From the NCBI GenBank assembly GCA_017514905.1, contig JAFWIK010000001.1, forward strand, positions 1,630 through 65,629: DNA of 64,000 nt, in the 5' to 3' direction. Position numbers and translations under genes: made by a program. This DNA is from Candidatus Saccharimonadota bacterium. GTDB taxonomy: Bacteria > Patescibacteriota > Saccharimonadia > Saccharimonadales > Saccharimonadaceae. The notes beneath the pieces are model-generated. The model was not told the origin of the DNA. It saw only the letters and a list, made by a program, of their open reading frames with translations, and did no database searches. This document shows positions 28,954-37,121 of the stretch, piece after piece. Every line of letters begins with the position of its first letter. Position 1 is the first letter of the stretch.

Positions 28954-30312
28954 ATGGATCAATCTGAAAAAACTTTAACTTCTGAAAACGAATCATATGA
29001 CAAAAACTCATCAAGAAAGGATTTTGATGTACTGAATAATCTACCTGATTTTTTCGCATTTCACACTGAGCAAGATAGTGAAGAGGATCCCAGGCTAATT
29101 CTATACGATAAACTTTTCAAGCAGGCTGAGGGTATTAATGTGTCTTTGGCCGATAGGATGCCCCAAAAAGTCATCAAGTCATTCAATAAAAAATATCAGA
29201 GTTATATTGACAAAGTGATATCGTCAATTATAGAAGGTGATGGACAAGAAGAGGCGATTACCGAAGAGGAGATTAAGACTTTTAGCTCTGATGAACTCGA
29301 ATATTTAGATAGACGGTTTGTCGATCTCCGTCTTTTTAGGCCAGAGGTTTATAACAGCGATTTAGCTCAAAAGTACCAAGCTCTTCTAGCACTAGAGACC
29401 GCTAGCATTAGTCTTGGCAGAATGAGACCTCTTATATTCGAACGCACAAACCTTATAAAAGAAAAATACTCACCACTAATAGAGGGCATGAGCCCAGTAG
29501 AATTACATCTGTTTAGAAGCTATAGAGCGGAAAATGAAGATCTTTTGCAGATGACTATGGCTGTGGATAACCCCGATGCAGAGAAAGTACTTAGAAGCCT
29601 TTTTATAGAAGATATTTGGGCAGCGGACACCGATTATTATGATTCTGAAGAATACAAAAACCAAAGATACAAGGAAAGAAAGTTCGAATACCCAGAAATT
29701 TATTCAGTTGGGGAGAACGGATTAAAAGACCATCAGAACATCGATGATAAACTTGAAAAAATTACTCCATCTGATATAGAAAGACTTCAAAAACCTGGAG
29801 AAGGATTTGATGACAGTGTTCAAGCAATAGTTAGCTATCTTTCAGACTTGCTTGGTCTGGACGAAAGTCCAGAAGTCGTTTTTCACCAACAAAACCCAGA
29901 TGACCCTGGTCTTAGAGGCAGCTATTCGTTTGCTTCTAATGAGATAGAGTTCTATTATTCCGATCCGCCTAAAGAATCCATTGATAGAGACGATATTAAT
30001 AACACCGCCCATGAAATGTGGCACGCTTATCAGCATCAAATGTGCGACGAGCCTTGTTTTTCCCCAGAAGACTTTAAAATAGCTGAACAATATCGTCTTA
30101 ATTTTGATGTCTACGTAGAAAGTGACCTCGATTACGAGGGATATTATAATCAGCTAGTAGAAGTTGAAGCTCGCTATTTTGGCGAAAAATTTTCAGAGAT
30201 GTTTTCTTATCCTGGAGAGAATGTATCATGGGCGTTAAGATCAAAAATAGGTAGGATGGCTGCACGGTCTGCAGACAATAAAAAGGAGTTAAACTCATGG
30301 AAAAAGCAATAA
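28954..30312 (+). CDS. Acidic protein with a C-terminal HExxH zinc metallopeptidase domain
   Basis: GSYS, AHEMWHAYQH and YYNQLVEVEAR motifs. Confidence 0.75.
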   Translation: MDQSEKTLTSENESYDKNSSRKDFDVLNNLPDFFAFHTEQDSEEDPRLILYDKLFKQAEGINVSLADRMPQKVIKSFNKKYQSYIDKVISSIIEGDGQEEAITEEEIKTFSSDELEYLDRRFVDLRLFRPEVYNSDLAQKYQALLALETASISLGRMRPLIFERTNLIKEKYSPLIEGMSPVELHLFRSYRAENEDLLQMTMAVDNPDAEKVLRSLFIEDIWAADTDYYDSEEYKNQRYKERKFEYPEIYSVGENGLKDHQNIDDKLEKITPSDIERLQKPGEGFDDSVQAIVSYLSDLLGLDESPEVVFHQQNPDDPGLRGSYSFASNEIEFYYSDPPKESIDRDDINNTAHEMWHAYQHQMCDEPCFSPEDFKIAEQYRLNFDVYVESDLDYEGYYNQLVEVEARYFGEKFSEMFSYPGENVSWALRSKIGRMAARSADNKKELNSWKKQ

Positions 30313-30596
30313 TTGATTATTTGACTACGGAAAAAAAGCAAAAACCAGCGATTGCTACAATGCTATGCGAAAAAGTCAGCAGATATGACGATATTAAGAC
30401 AGAATTTCTAGAGTGGCTAGACAAGCGCAACTTTAATCTCGATCATGCTGTTACTATCGAAGGGTATTCTGCTGCGGATATCCATAGACTAGCTCCATTT
30501 CTAGACGGTATAGGAGTTTATAATTTTCTGGTAACTTTAAGAGAAAAACCCGATTTTGCTAAAAAAATCATCGCTCAAGGCTTTCCAAACCTATAA
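30297..30596 (+). CDS. Small protein overlapping the metallopeptidase gene (possible partner or immunity protein)
   Basis: 99-aa ORF; SD AAGGAG inside the upstream gene; 16-nt overlap. Confidence 0.75.
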   Translation: MEKAIIDYLTTEKKQKPAIATMLCEKVSRYDDIKTEFLEWLDKRNFNLDHAVTIEGYSAADIHRLAPFLDGIGVYNFLVTLREKPDFAKKIIAQGFPNL

Positions 30597-30612
30597 TCCA
30601 TTTTTTAAGCAC

Positions 30613-30921
30613 AAAAAAGCCTCAGGTAAGGGTGGGCATCACCTGAGGCTATTTCGCCCTCCAACGCTTCACTATTATCCCGGGTGAACCCCGGAGCGTA
30701 ACCCACCTCACACAATTTGGGGCCCGCCGGTTAGAGGGATTGCTAAGCCTTCGAAATGGTCCTTTCAAAGTGGAGGTAATACTTATAAAACTTAAAACCA
30801 TGAAGAAATTTTAAGCCCGAAAGGGTTTCAAAAGCTCGCAATTTCTGCTATACTGGAAGTAGTATAGCTGAAATTATAACTTATTTAGGTGCGGTGTGGC
30901 ACGCTTTTTGCGTACCAACTG
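30613..30921 (-). ncRNA. Candidate ~310-nt structured non-coding RNA
   Basis: Perfect TTGACA-17-TATAAT on the minus strand (30955-30927); several hairpins; intrinsic terminator 30650-30613; no ORF in the track. Confidence 0.6.
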
Positions 30922-30948
30922 ACTTTATTATATCACAGGAGAAATAAA

Positions 30949-31875
30949 ATGTCAACACTTTCTAACAACTTTTTTACAAAAATCAACCAAATTTCACCCC
31001 TTGACCACAATTTTACAGAGGTGTTAAGCACTATTGCGCTTAAGCCTAAAACATTGTATTTTCGTGGTAAATTACCAAAAAATATGTCAAAAAATGGCAA
31101 ACAGATACGGCCAAAAACTGTGGCCATCGTGGGAAGTAGACATAATACCAAGTATGGCGAGGAGGTCGCATATCAATTAGCCTACGAGCTCGCCAAAAAG
31201 CACGTAATTATCGTTTCTGGCCTTGCTTACGGCATTGATAGCATTGGTCACCGTGGCTGTCTTGATGCTGGCGGCATCACGGTGGCGCTTCTCGGCACTC
31301 CTATTGATCAGATTTATCCTAGAATGCACCAGCCTCTGGCCCGTGAGATAATTGAGCACGGCGGAGCCATTATGAGCGAATACGCTCCTGGTGAGCTGGT
31401 TTATCCCCAGACGAGCTTTTTACAGCGTAACCGTTTAATCTCTGGCCTATCTGATGTCGTAGTGGTAGTAGAAGCAGCAGAGCAGTCCGGCTCTCTTAAT
31501 ACCGCTACTCACGCTTTAAACCAAGGCAAAGAAGTTTTTGCCGTGCCCGGCAATATCACCAACCCCTATTCTCAGGGGTGTAACAAGCTGATCAAACAGG
31601 GTGCGATTCCCTATACTGCACCCAAGGATGTCTTAGAATTTCTTTTCCCAGAGGACTACGTCAAAAGAAGAAAGCACATGAAGCAACAAAATCTGATTGG
31701 CGACACCGATGTAGAGACTCTCATTCTTACGGCTCTATCTGAGGGCTTACGTTCTGGCGAAGAAATTATGGACAGAACTCACCTTCCTCCAGAGGTGTTT
31801 AACGAAGCTACCACGCTTCTCGAAATCAAATCTCGTATTCGTTCCCTTGGTGCCAACACCTGGGGACTAGTATAG
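30949..31875 (+). CDS. dprA: DNA-processing protein DprA
   Basis: AIVGSR, VSGLAYGIDS, QRNRLISGL, SGSLNTA and VPGNI motifs; SD AGGAG. Confidence 0.95.
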   Translation: MSTLSNNFFTKINQISPLDHNFTEVLSTIALKPKTLYFRGKLPKNMSKNGKQIRPKTVAIVGSRHNTKYGEEVAYQLAYELAKKHVIIVSGLAYGIDSIGHRGCLDAGGITVALLGTPIDQIYPRMHQPLAREIIEHGGAIMSEYAPGELVYPQTSFLQRNRLISGLSDVVVVVEAAEQSGSLNTATHALNQGKEVFAVPGNITNPYSQGCNKLIKQGAIPYTAPKDVLEFLFPEDYVKRRKHMKQQNLIGDTDVETLILTALSEGLRSGEEIMDRTHLPPEVFNEATTLLEIKSRIRSLGANTWGLV

Positions 31876-31882
31876 GAGGGGG

Positions 31883-32275
31883 ATGGAAGAAGATTTTGAC
31901 AATTGGAATAATTTCAAGAAGGAGCTTGATCACGCCGTGGTCAAGTTAAGCTTTAAGGAAAGAGAAATATGGTGGTACGCCGCCGGCAAAAATATCGGAA
32001 CAGAAATAGACGGAAAAGGAGAAAGCTTCGCGCGCCCTGTATTAATTATTAGAAAATATGGTAAAAGTAGTTTCTTTGGAGTTCCACTTAGTAGCCAAAT
32101 ACACAATGGAAGATGGTTTACCCCAATTATAGTTCGTGACAAAATGAGAGATGCTATGCTATCTCAAGCCAGATCCTATTCAGTGAATAGACTACTTAGC
32201 AAAATTGAGAGAGTTTCAGAAAGCGAATTTATGAGAATATGTGACGAACTACGAGAGTTGTTCTTCAAAAAATAA
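31883..32275 (+). CDS. Solo PemK/MazF-family toxin-like endoribonuclease
   Basis: EIWW...G.NIGTEIDGK...RPVLIIRK, GVPLSS, SQARS and RL motifs; no antitoxin ORF upstream. Confidence 0.75.
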   Translation: MEEDFDNWNNFKKELDHAVVKLSFKEREIWWYAAGKNIGTEIDGKGESFARPVLIIRKYGKSSFFGVPLSSQIHNGRWFTPIIVRDKMRDAMLSQARSYSVNRLLSKIERVSESEFMRICDELRELFFKK

Positions 32276-32394
32276 CTCCCCAAATCCTTCATCGGATAAG
32301 GGGGATTATTTGGCCCTGATCGTCACCAGGGGAGCGCGACACTTAGATATGACGACGCTTTAAACCTCAAACAGAAATGGCTTCTGCAGGTTGT
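32267..32394 (-). ncRNA. Candidate ~125-nt sRNA convergent on the PemK-like gene
   Basis: TTGACG-17-TATAAT (32429-32401) at the pth 3' end; three hairpins, then a terminator overlapping the toxin stop codon. Confidence 0.5.
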
Positions 32395-32406
32395 GACTTC
32401 ATTATA

Positions 32407-32931
32407 TCAAACCTCGATAAAATCGTCAATCTTCTCCCCCACCTCTGCTAGTATCTCTGGCAACTGCGCCTTTTCCTCTGCGGTAAATTTCGACAGCACA
32501 AATTCCACATCGCCTAGTTTTCTTCGCAGCTCATCATTTCCTGTCCCAATTCGGATGCGAGGATAATCCGTAGTACCAAGCGCCTTATCAATTGATTTAA
32601 GCCCGTTATTCCCTGCCGCCTGGCCTGAGGAACGCATCCTTACTTTACCAAATTCTAAATCAAAGTTATCGCAAATTACCAAAATATCCGCTGTGGCAAT
32701 TTTGTAATACTTTACATAAGCTGCCACCGCGAGCCCCGAGTCATTATAGAATTCTTGCGGCTTAATAAAAATCACATCATCAGACCGCCCCCACAGTGCT
32801 CCCATGCGTGGCTTTGTATTCCAAGATAACTTTCGGACCTTAAAATAAAAATCCAGCGCCAAAAACCCCGTATTATGGCGCGTAAAATTGTACCGATTCC
32901 CTGGATTTCCTAGTCCAACCACTAATTTCAT
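32407..32931 (-). CDS. pth: Peptidyl-tRNA hydrolase
   Basis: VGLGNPG, TRHNTGF, GNNGLKSI and RIRIG motifs. Confidence 0.96.
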   Translation of the reverse strand: MKLVVGLGNPGNRYNFTRHNTGFLALDFYFKVRKLSWNTKPRMGALWGRSDDVIFIKPQEFYNDSGLAVAAYVKYYKIATADILVICDNFDLEFGKVRMRSSGQAAGNNGLKSIDKALGTTDYPRIRIGTGNDELRRKLGDVEFVLSKFTAEEKAQLPEILAEVGEKIDDFIEV

Positions 32932-33054
32932 ATCTTAATTATACCACAAATGCTATCCCACTAAATTTCACTTTCAACTGGTCGGCATCTCTCAAAAAAT
33001 GCATGAAAAAGGCCCCATCACATAATGGAGCCTAAAGATAGGTGGGAGCAGCTT

Positions 33055-34707
33055 TTAAGCTTTAGCTTGCCGCATAGTAATTAATTTTACTAGTGGGTGC
33101 CTGATGACTTCTTCTTCGGTGAAACAAACTTGTGCCACCATCTCGCTGTCCATCAGCAACCTAGAAGCATATTCTAGACCACTGCTAGACTGGTCGATGT
33201 ACGGAGCATGGATTTGCTCGATATCTCCGATGACCACGATTTTACCATCTCTACCCAATCGTTTGAGTAGAGTATCTGCCTGACTGACGCTTTGGTCTTG
33301 GAATTCATCATAAATTGCCAATTCGTAGGAAAAATCTCTTCCTCTCGCGTGCTCAATTGGGATATTGGAAAACCAGTTATCCCAAATCAGATTAGCACGG
33401 TCTTCAAGTTTTGCTTTCAGAGATCTTTTTTCCGGCGTTTCTTCATCGTAATTCTGACTCTTGTTGTTATTTTTCATGCTTGGTCCGTACTCTTGCAGGT
33501 TTTTCAGCTCTTTTTTTAGTTTAGAATCTTCCTTCAACAGAAAGTTCCTTAAAGCATTTTTTAGCGGCTGTACATCTGGATCCATTTTTTCATCCAAATC
33601 ACCCGGGAGAAAACCATATTGATCTTCCGCATCGCAAGGTACTACCGTTACTCCGATAAAATCTCCATTTTGGCAGGCTTTGTAACCATAGACCGTAGCC
33701 ATATAAGTTTTGCCAGAACCAGCGGGGCCTCGACAAATCACTGCTGAGATGTTTGGGTCCATTAGAGCTTCGGCGTAAATTGCCTGTCCAGCATTATAGA
33801 GACGAATAGGAAAATCCCTCACGTATTTTAGTCTCATAATGGCGTCTCTTTCGACGTCATAACGTCCGATATTTTCAAAATATGGATTAAATATGGGGTC
33901 AAAATCTCTTGGGTAATCTTCCTCTTTTTCAAGTCGCATTACGATAAATTCGTTCGCAATCAGTCTGGGCTCGTCCGGCATATACTTTTCGAATAGCTCA
34001 CGTGAAATACCGTTGCCGCCAGAATTGTAAAATTCATTGAACAACTCTTTTGGGACCATTAGGTCGCGTCGTCCAGTGTAAGGTTTAGGATACTTGTAGC
34101 CATAACGGCTGGTCATAATTCCCCGAACTCTAGCGCGAATAGCGAGTCCGTTGTCGTTAGTGACCAATACCACTTTGTCAAAAGTTGTAGCTTCAACCTT
34201 TGGCTGGCTATCAGTACCATCCACTAGAAAACCATTTTGACGTAGTCCCACAGCTATTGCTGCCAGAATAATTTGTCCGTCCATGTCTTCATCGCTAGGA
34301 TAATATGGCAAACAATTTCGGAAGTTTTTATGTACTGGCAAAACGGAAATTTGCTGATCGCCATTTTCGATCTCCACTATTTCCTTGGTCTTTGCCAGTT
34401 CTTCATCAAAACAATCCTTCACTCTGATTGGCGATTCTAGTCTGTAAGCATCATCCATCGTCGTGCGAGAATGCTCCACTAAACGTCTCAACCTCCTCAA
34501 AACTGTCCTGGCTGCCTTACCACGGTCCGTCTTTTCCACTTTGAATTTGGATAACTCACGAATTACCGCAGTTGGAATTACGATATGCGCATGGTCTAAG
34601 TCAATTGTAGGTTCAATCGGGCGTTTACCGTCCTCAGTCGGTATAATATCGACATAATCCACTAGCACATTAGTATCAAGTACATAAACTGTCGAGTCTT
34701 TTGGCAT
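33055..34707 (-). CDS. PIN-PhoH family protein (PhoH2/YlaK-like)
   Basis: VLDTNVL PIN start, LVTND, GPAGSGKT, GFLPGDLDEK, RGR, DEFQ and GDIEQ motifs. Confidence 0.9.
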   Translation of the reverse strand: MPKDSTVYVLDTNVLVDYVDIIPTEDGKRPIEPTIDLDHAHIVIPTAVIRELSKFKVEKTDRGKAARTVLRRLRRLVEHSRTTMDDAYRLESPIRVKDCFDEELAKTKEIVEIENGDQQISVLPVHKNFRNCLPYYPSDEDMDGQIILAAIAVGLRQNGFLVDGTDSQPKVEATTFDKVVLVTNDNGLAIRARVRGIMTSRYGYKYPKPYTGRRDLMVPKELFNEFYNSGGNGISRELFEKYMPDEPRLIANEFIVMRLEKEEDYPRDFDPIFNPYFENIGRYDVERDAIMRLKYVRDFPIRLYNAGQAIYAEALMDPNISAVICRGPAGSGKTYMATVYGYKACQNGDFIGVTVVPCDAEDQYGFLPGDLDEKMDPDVQPLKNALRNFLLKEDSKLKKELKNLQEYGPSMKNNNKSQNYDEETPEKRSLKAKLEDRANLIWDNWFSNIPIEHARGRDFSYELAIYDEFQDQSVSQADTLLKRLGRDGKIVVIGDIEQIHAPYIDQSSSGLEYASRLLMDSEMVAQVCFTEEEVIRHPLVKLITMRQAKA

Positions 34708-34838
34708 AATCCCTCCCTCCTTTTTAAAACGTCACTGCTCTAAAAAAGAGCAACTACGTGCTCCCACCTCCTTTTATTTTACCACATTTTAGAATAAAAC
34801 CCCCATTTTAAGCCCAAATCATTACATCGACTAGGCTC

Positions 34839-36215
34839 TTATTTATCCGAATCACCACTATCGTTGCGATAAGAAATCTCTATAGGTGTGCCAACAAGCG
34901 GGTATTTTTCGCGGATTTTACGCTCCAAAAATCTCTTCCAAGACCAGTGAAGTAAACCTAGATCGTGTCCATGTACTACGAACCACGGCGGGCAAGTATC
35001 GGTCTGCACGATGTATTTTGGCTTCGGGCGGGTGTTTTTGAGCCCCGCCGGCGTGTGGCTCAAAATTGCATCGTTCAAAATCTTATTGAGCTCCGCTGTT
35101 TTAATTTGCAAATGGCGATTGCTATCAATCTCTAGTGCTAATTCAAATAGTTTTGTTACATTTTGTCCGGTTTCCGAACTGGTAATTATGACCGGCGCAA
35201 ATGGCAAAAAGTCAAAATCCAGTTCTAGGTCATCTAGCAAATCATCAGTCGTTTGTTCCATCAAATCAGCTTTTGTCACCACTACGACAATTCCCTTACC
35301 AGCTTTTACAATTTGCCCGGCTAGAGTTTGGTCTAGCTTGCTATGTGGTTCAGTGGCATCAACTAAAAGCGCACAAACGTCCGCCTCCTCAATGGCTGCC
35401 AGTGACCGAATAGCACTGAATTTTTCAATCCCTACTTCACGCTTACCCGGTCGCCGAAGCCCCGCCGTATCTAGAATTTCTAGTTCCCGGCTCTTATATT
35501 TTACTGCTACTCGATTTATATCTCTAGTTGTTCCCTGTCTCGAACTCACGATTGCTTGCTGTTTTTTGCCCAGTGCATTAAACAGACTAGACTTCCCTAC
35601 GTTCGGCCGCCCAATCAGCGCTAACTTGAGAAGAGTTTGTGAATCATTCTTTCGGGGCATTCCGGAGGCTGCTGCCGAGGTATGAGGGCGCTCGCCCCGT
35701 GAAGACGGGCGCGAGCGACCCGTCCCCGAAAGGATCGATTCCAAACTCTTCCTCAAATCGGCTATGCCTTGCCCGGTCGTCGCGGAAGTATAGTAGATAT
35801 TCTCGGGTGCAATTCCCAGCGCTCGGAATTCCTCCACCGGCAGCGACTCCTTCAAATCGCATTTATTAAGCACCAAAAATACTGGTTTTTTCGACTTCAG
35901 CGCGTCTTTTGCGATTCTCGCATCCTTCTGATCAAAATATTTACTCGAATCTAATGTCACGATAATCATATCCGCACTATCGATTGCGTCTGCAATCTGA
36001 TCCTGAATCGAAGCTTCAAAATCATCCGACGGGTCTTTGAGCCCCGCTGTGTCAATCAAAATAAAAGCATTATCAATCGTTGCAACTACGCTATCACGGG
36101 TAGTGCCCTCTTCGCGTGCCACAATCGCAATGTTCTTTTTCGCCATACGGTTTAAAATACTAGATTTTCCCGCATTAGTCTGTCCGATTAGTGCTACAAT
36201 TGGTATTTTGCTCAT
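34839..36215 (-). CDS. der: Ribosome biogenesis GTPase Der, with an in-frame palindromic insertion in the G1-G2 linker
   Basis: Tandem G domains (GQTNAGKSS, GRPNVGKSS, two DTAG) and KH-like C-terminus. Confidence 0.96.
   Translation of the reverse strand: MSKIPIVALIGQTNAGKSSILNRMAKKNIAIVAREEGTTRDSVVATIDNAFILIDTAGLKDPSDDFEASIQDQIADAIDSADMIIVTLDSSKYFDQKDARIAKDALKSKKPVFLVLNKCDLKESLPVEEFRALGIAPENIYYTSATTGQGIADLRKSLESILSGTGRSRPSSRGERPHTSAAASGMPRKNDSQTLLKLALIGRPNVGKSSLFNALGKKQQAIVSSRQGTTRDINRVAVKYKSRELEILDTAGLRRPGKREVGIEKFSAIRSLAAIEEADVCALLVDATEPHSKLDQTLAGQIVKAGKGIVVVVTKADLMEQTTDDLLDDLELDFDFLPFAPVIITSSETGQNVTKLFELALEIDSNRHLQIKTAELNKILNDAILSHTPAGLKNTRPKPKYIVQTDTCPPWFVVHGHDLGLLHWSWKRFLERKIREKYPLVGTPIEISYRNDSGDSDK
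35626..35756. repeat. Intragenic palindromic element, copy B (in der)
   Basis: Outer stems AAGAGTTTG/CAAACTCTT and ATTCTTTCGGGG/CCCCGAAAGGAT; 35688-35729 matches 6763-6804 at 38/42 nt. Confidence 0.9.
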
Positions 36216-36380
36216 ATCTTTATTATACCACTTTCCATCAAATTATTGACTAATTAACCAATCTATGACATAATATAAAGTATAAGCTTTTGTCAAGCTT
36301 CGTAATTTAAGGGCTTTTCTACGATTCGTCTTGTCTATCAATCGTGGTGGACAAAAAGGATCGTAGAAAGGAAATGGGAT

Positions 36381-36878
36381 ATGGTCAAACTTAATGATTA
36401 TTATTATGTCAAGTATGACGGTAAAACTATCACAATGAATACGAATGATGAATTCCGAATTGTGGGCAGAGTCTATGATTCGCCTCGTTATCCAGATGAC
36501 AGTATCATCTTGACGAGCCCAATAATCAAAATCAAGGACAACGTTGCTCTGACATTTTCAGGAGACGAATATCAGCTTGAGAATAAGAGTAGTATCCAGG
36601 AGGCGTTCAAAAATGGCATTCCAATCATCAAAAATGCTAGAATAAAAAAATGCCGAGCTGTGGTGGACTCAATCGATTCAAACAGTCCGGACTTTGCTGA
36701 ACAAATGCTTCAAGCAGAAGTTCGGGAGTTTGACGTAATAATCGGTACCGATACTGATGGAAACGGGATCTACGGAGAAGTTATTGCCGAGAATGGTAAG
36801 CTTTTTACATTGAGAGTCTACCGTGAAGAGAGCATGGATTTCGAAGAAAAAGACGTATATGTTTACAATATCCTCTAA
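36381..36878 (+). CDS. Hypothetical protein
   Basis: 165-aa ORF with SD AGAAAGGA, a structured leader and a terminator near 36885-36913. Confidence 0.75.
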   Translation: MVKLNDYYYVKYDGKTITMNTNDEFRIVGRVYDSPRYPDDSIILTSPIIKIKDNVALTFSGDEYQLENKSSIQEAFKNGIPIIKNARIKKCRAVVDSIDSNSPDFAEQMLQAEVREFDVIIGTDTDGNGIYGEVIAENGKLFTLRVYREESMDFEEKDVYVYNIL

Positions 36879-36954
36879 ATCAGCCCCAGGCCTTAAAAGC
36901 CTGGGCATTTTTTATAAAAAATAAGGATCCCTACGGGACTCTTCTTTTTTATTT

Positions 36955-37031
36955 TGGTGACTCCTGCGAGATTCGAACTCGCGATTGCCTGGATGAGAAC
37001 CAGGAGTCCTAGACCGCTAGACGAAGGAGCC
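36955..37031 (-). tRNA. tRNA-Glu (CTC)
   Basis: Reverse complement GGCTCCT...CCTGG-TT-CTC-AT-CCAGG...GTTCGAAT...AGGAGTC-ACCA. Confidence 0.97.
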
Positions 37032-37121
37032 AGATTGCGACCCAAAAAGCGAAAACTGCTACATACCAAGTGCGGACCCAAGGGGGGTTAGGTCCGCAAA
37101 AACATTATATCACAAGTAAAA

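Noticed and set aside
30613-30921. Naming this RNA as tmRNA, RNase P or SRP RNA
   Set aside because: No tRNA-like ends, no P4 consensus and no SRP domain IV motif found; left as unknown.
15104-35685. Long antisense ORFs (15104-15709, 20778-21527, 35011-35685)
   Set aside because: Lie wholly opposite well-supported genes and have no SD or family motifs; codon-bias shadows.
36893-37081. 62-aa ORF
   Set aside because: Shadow ORF over tRNA-Glu.
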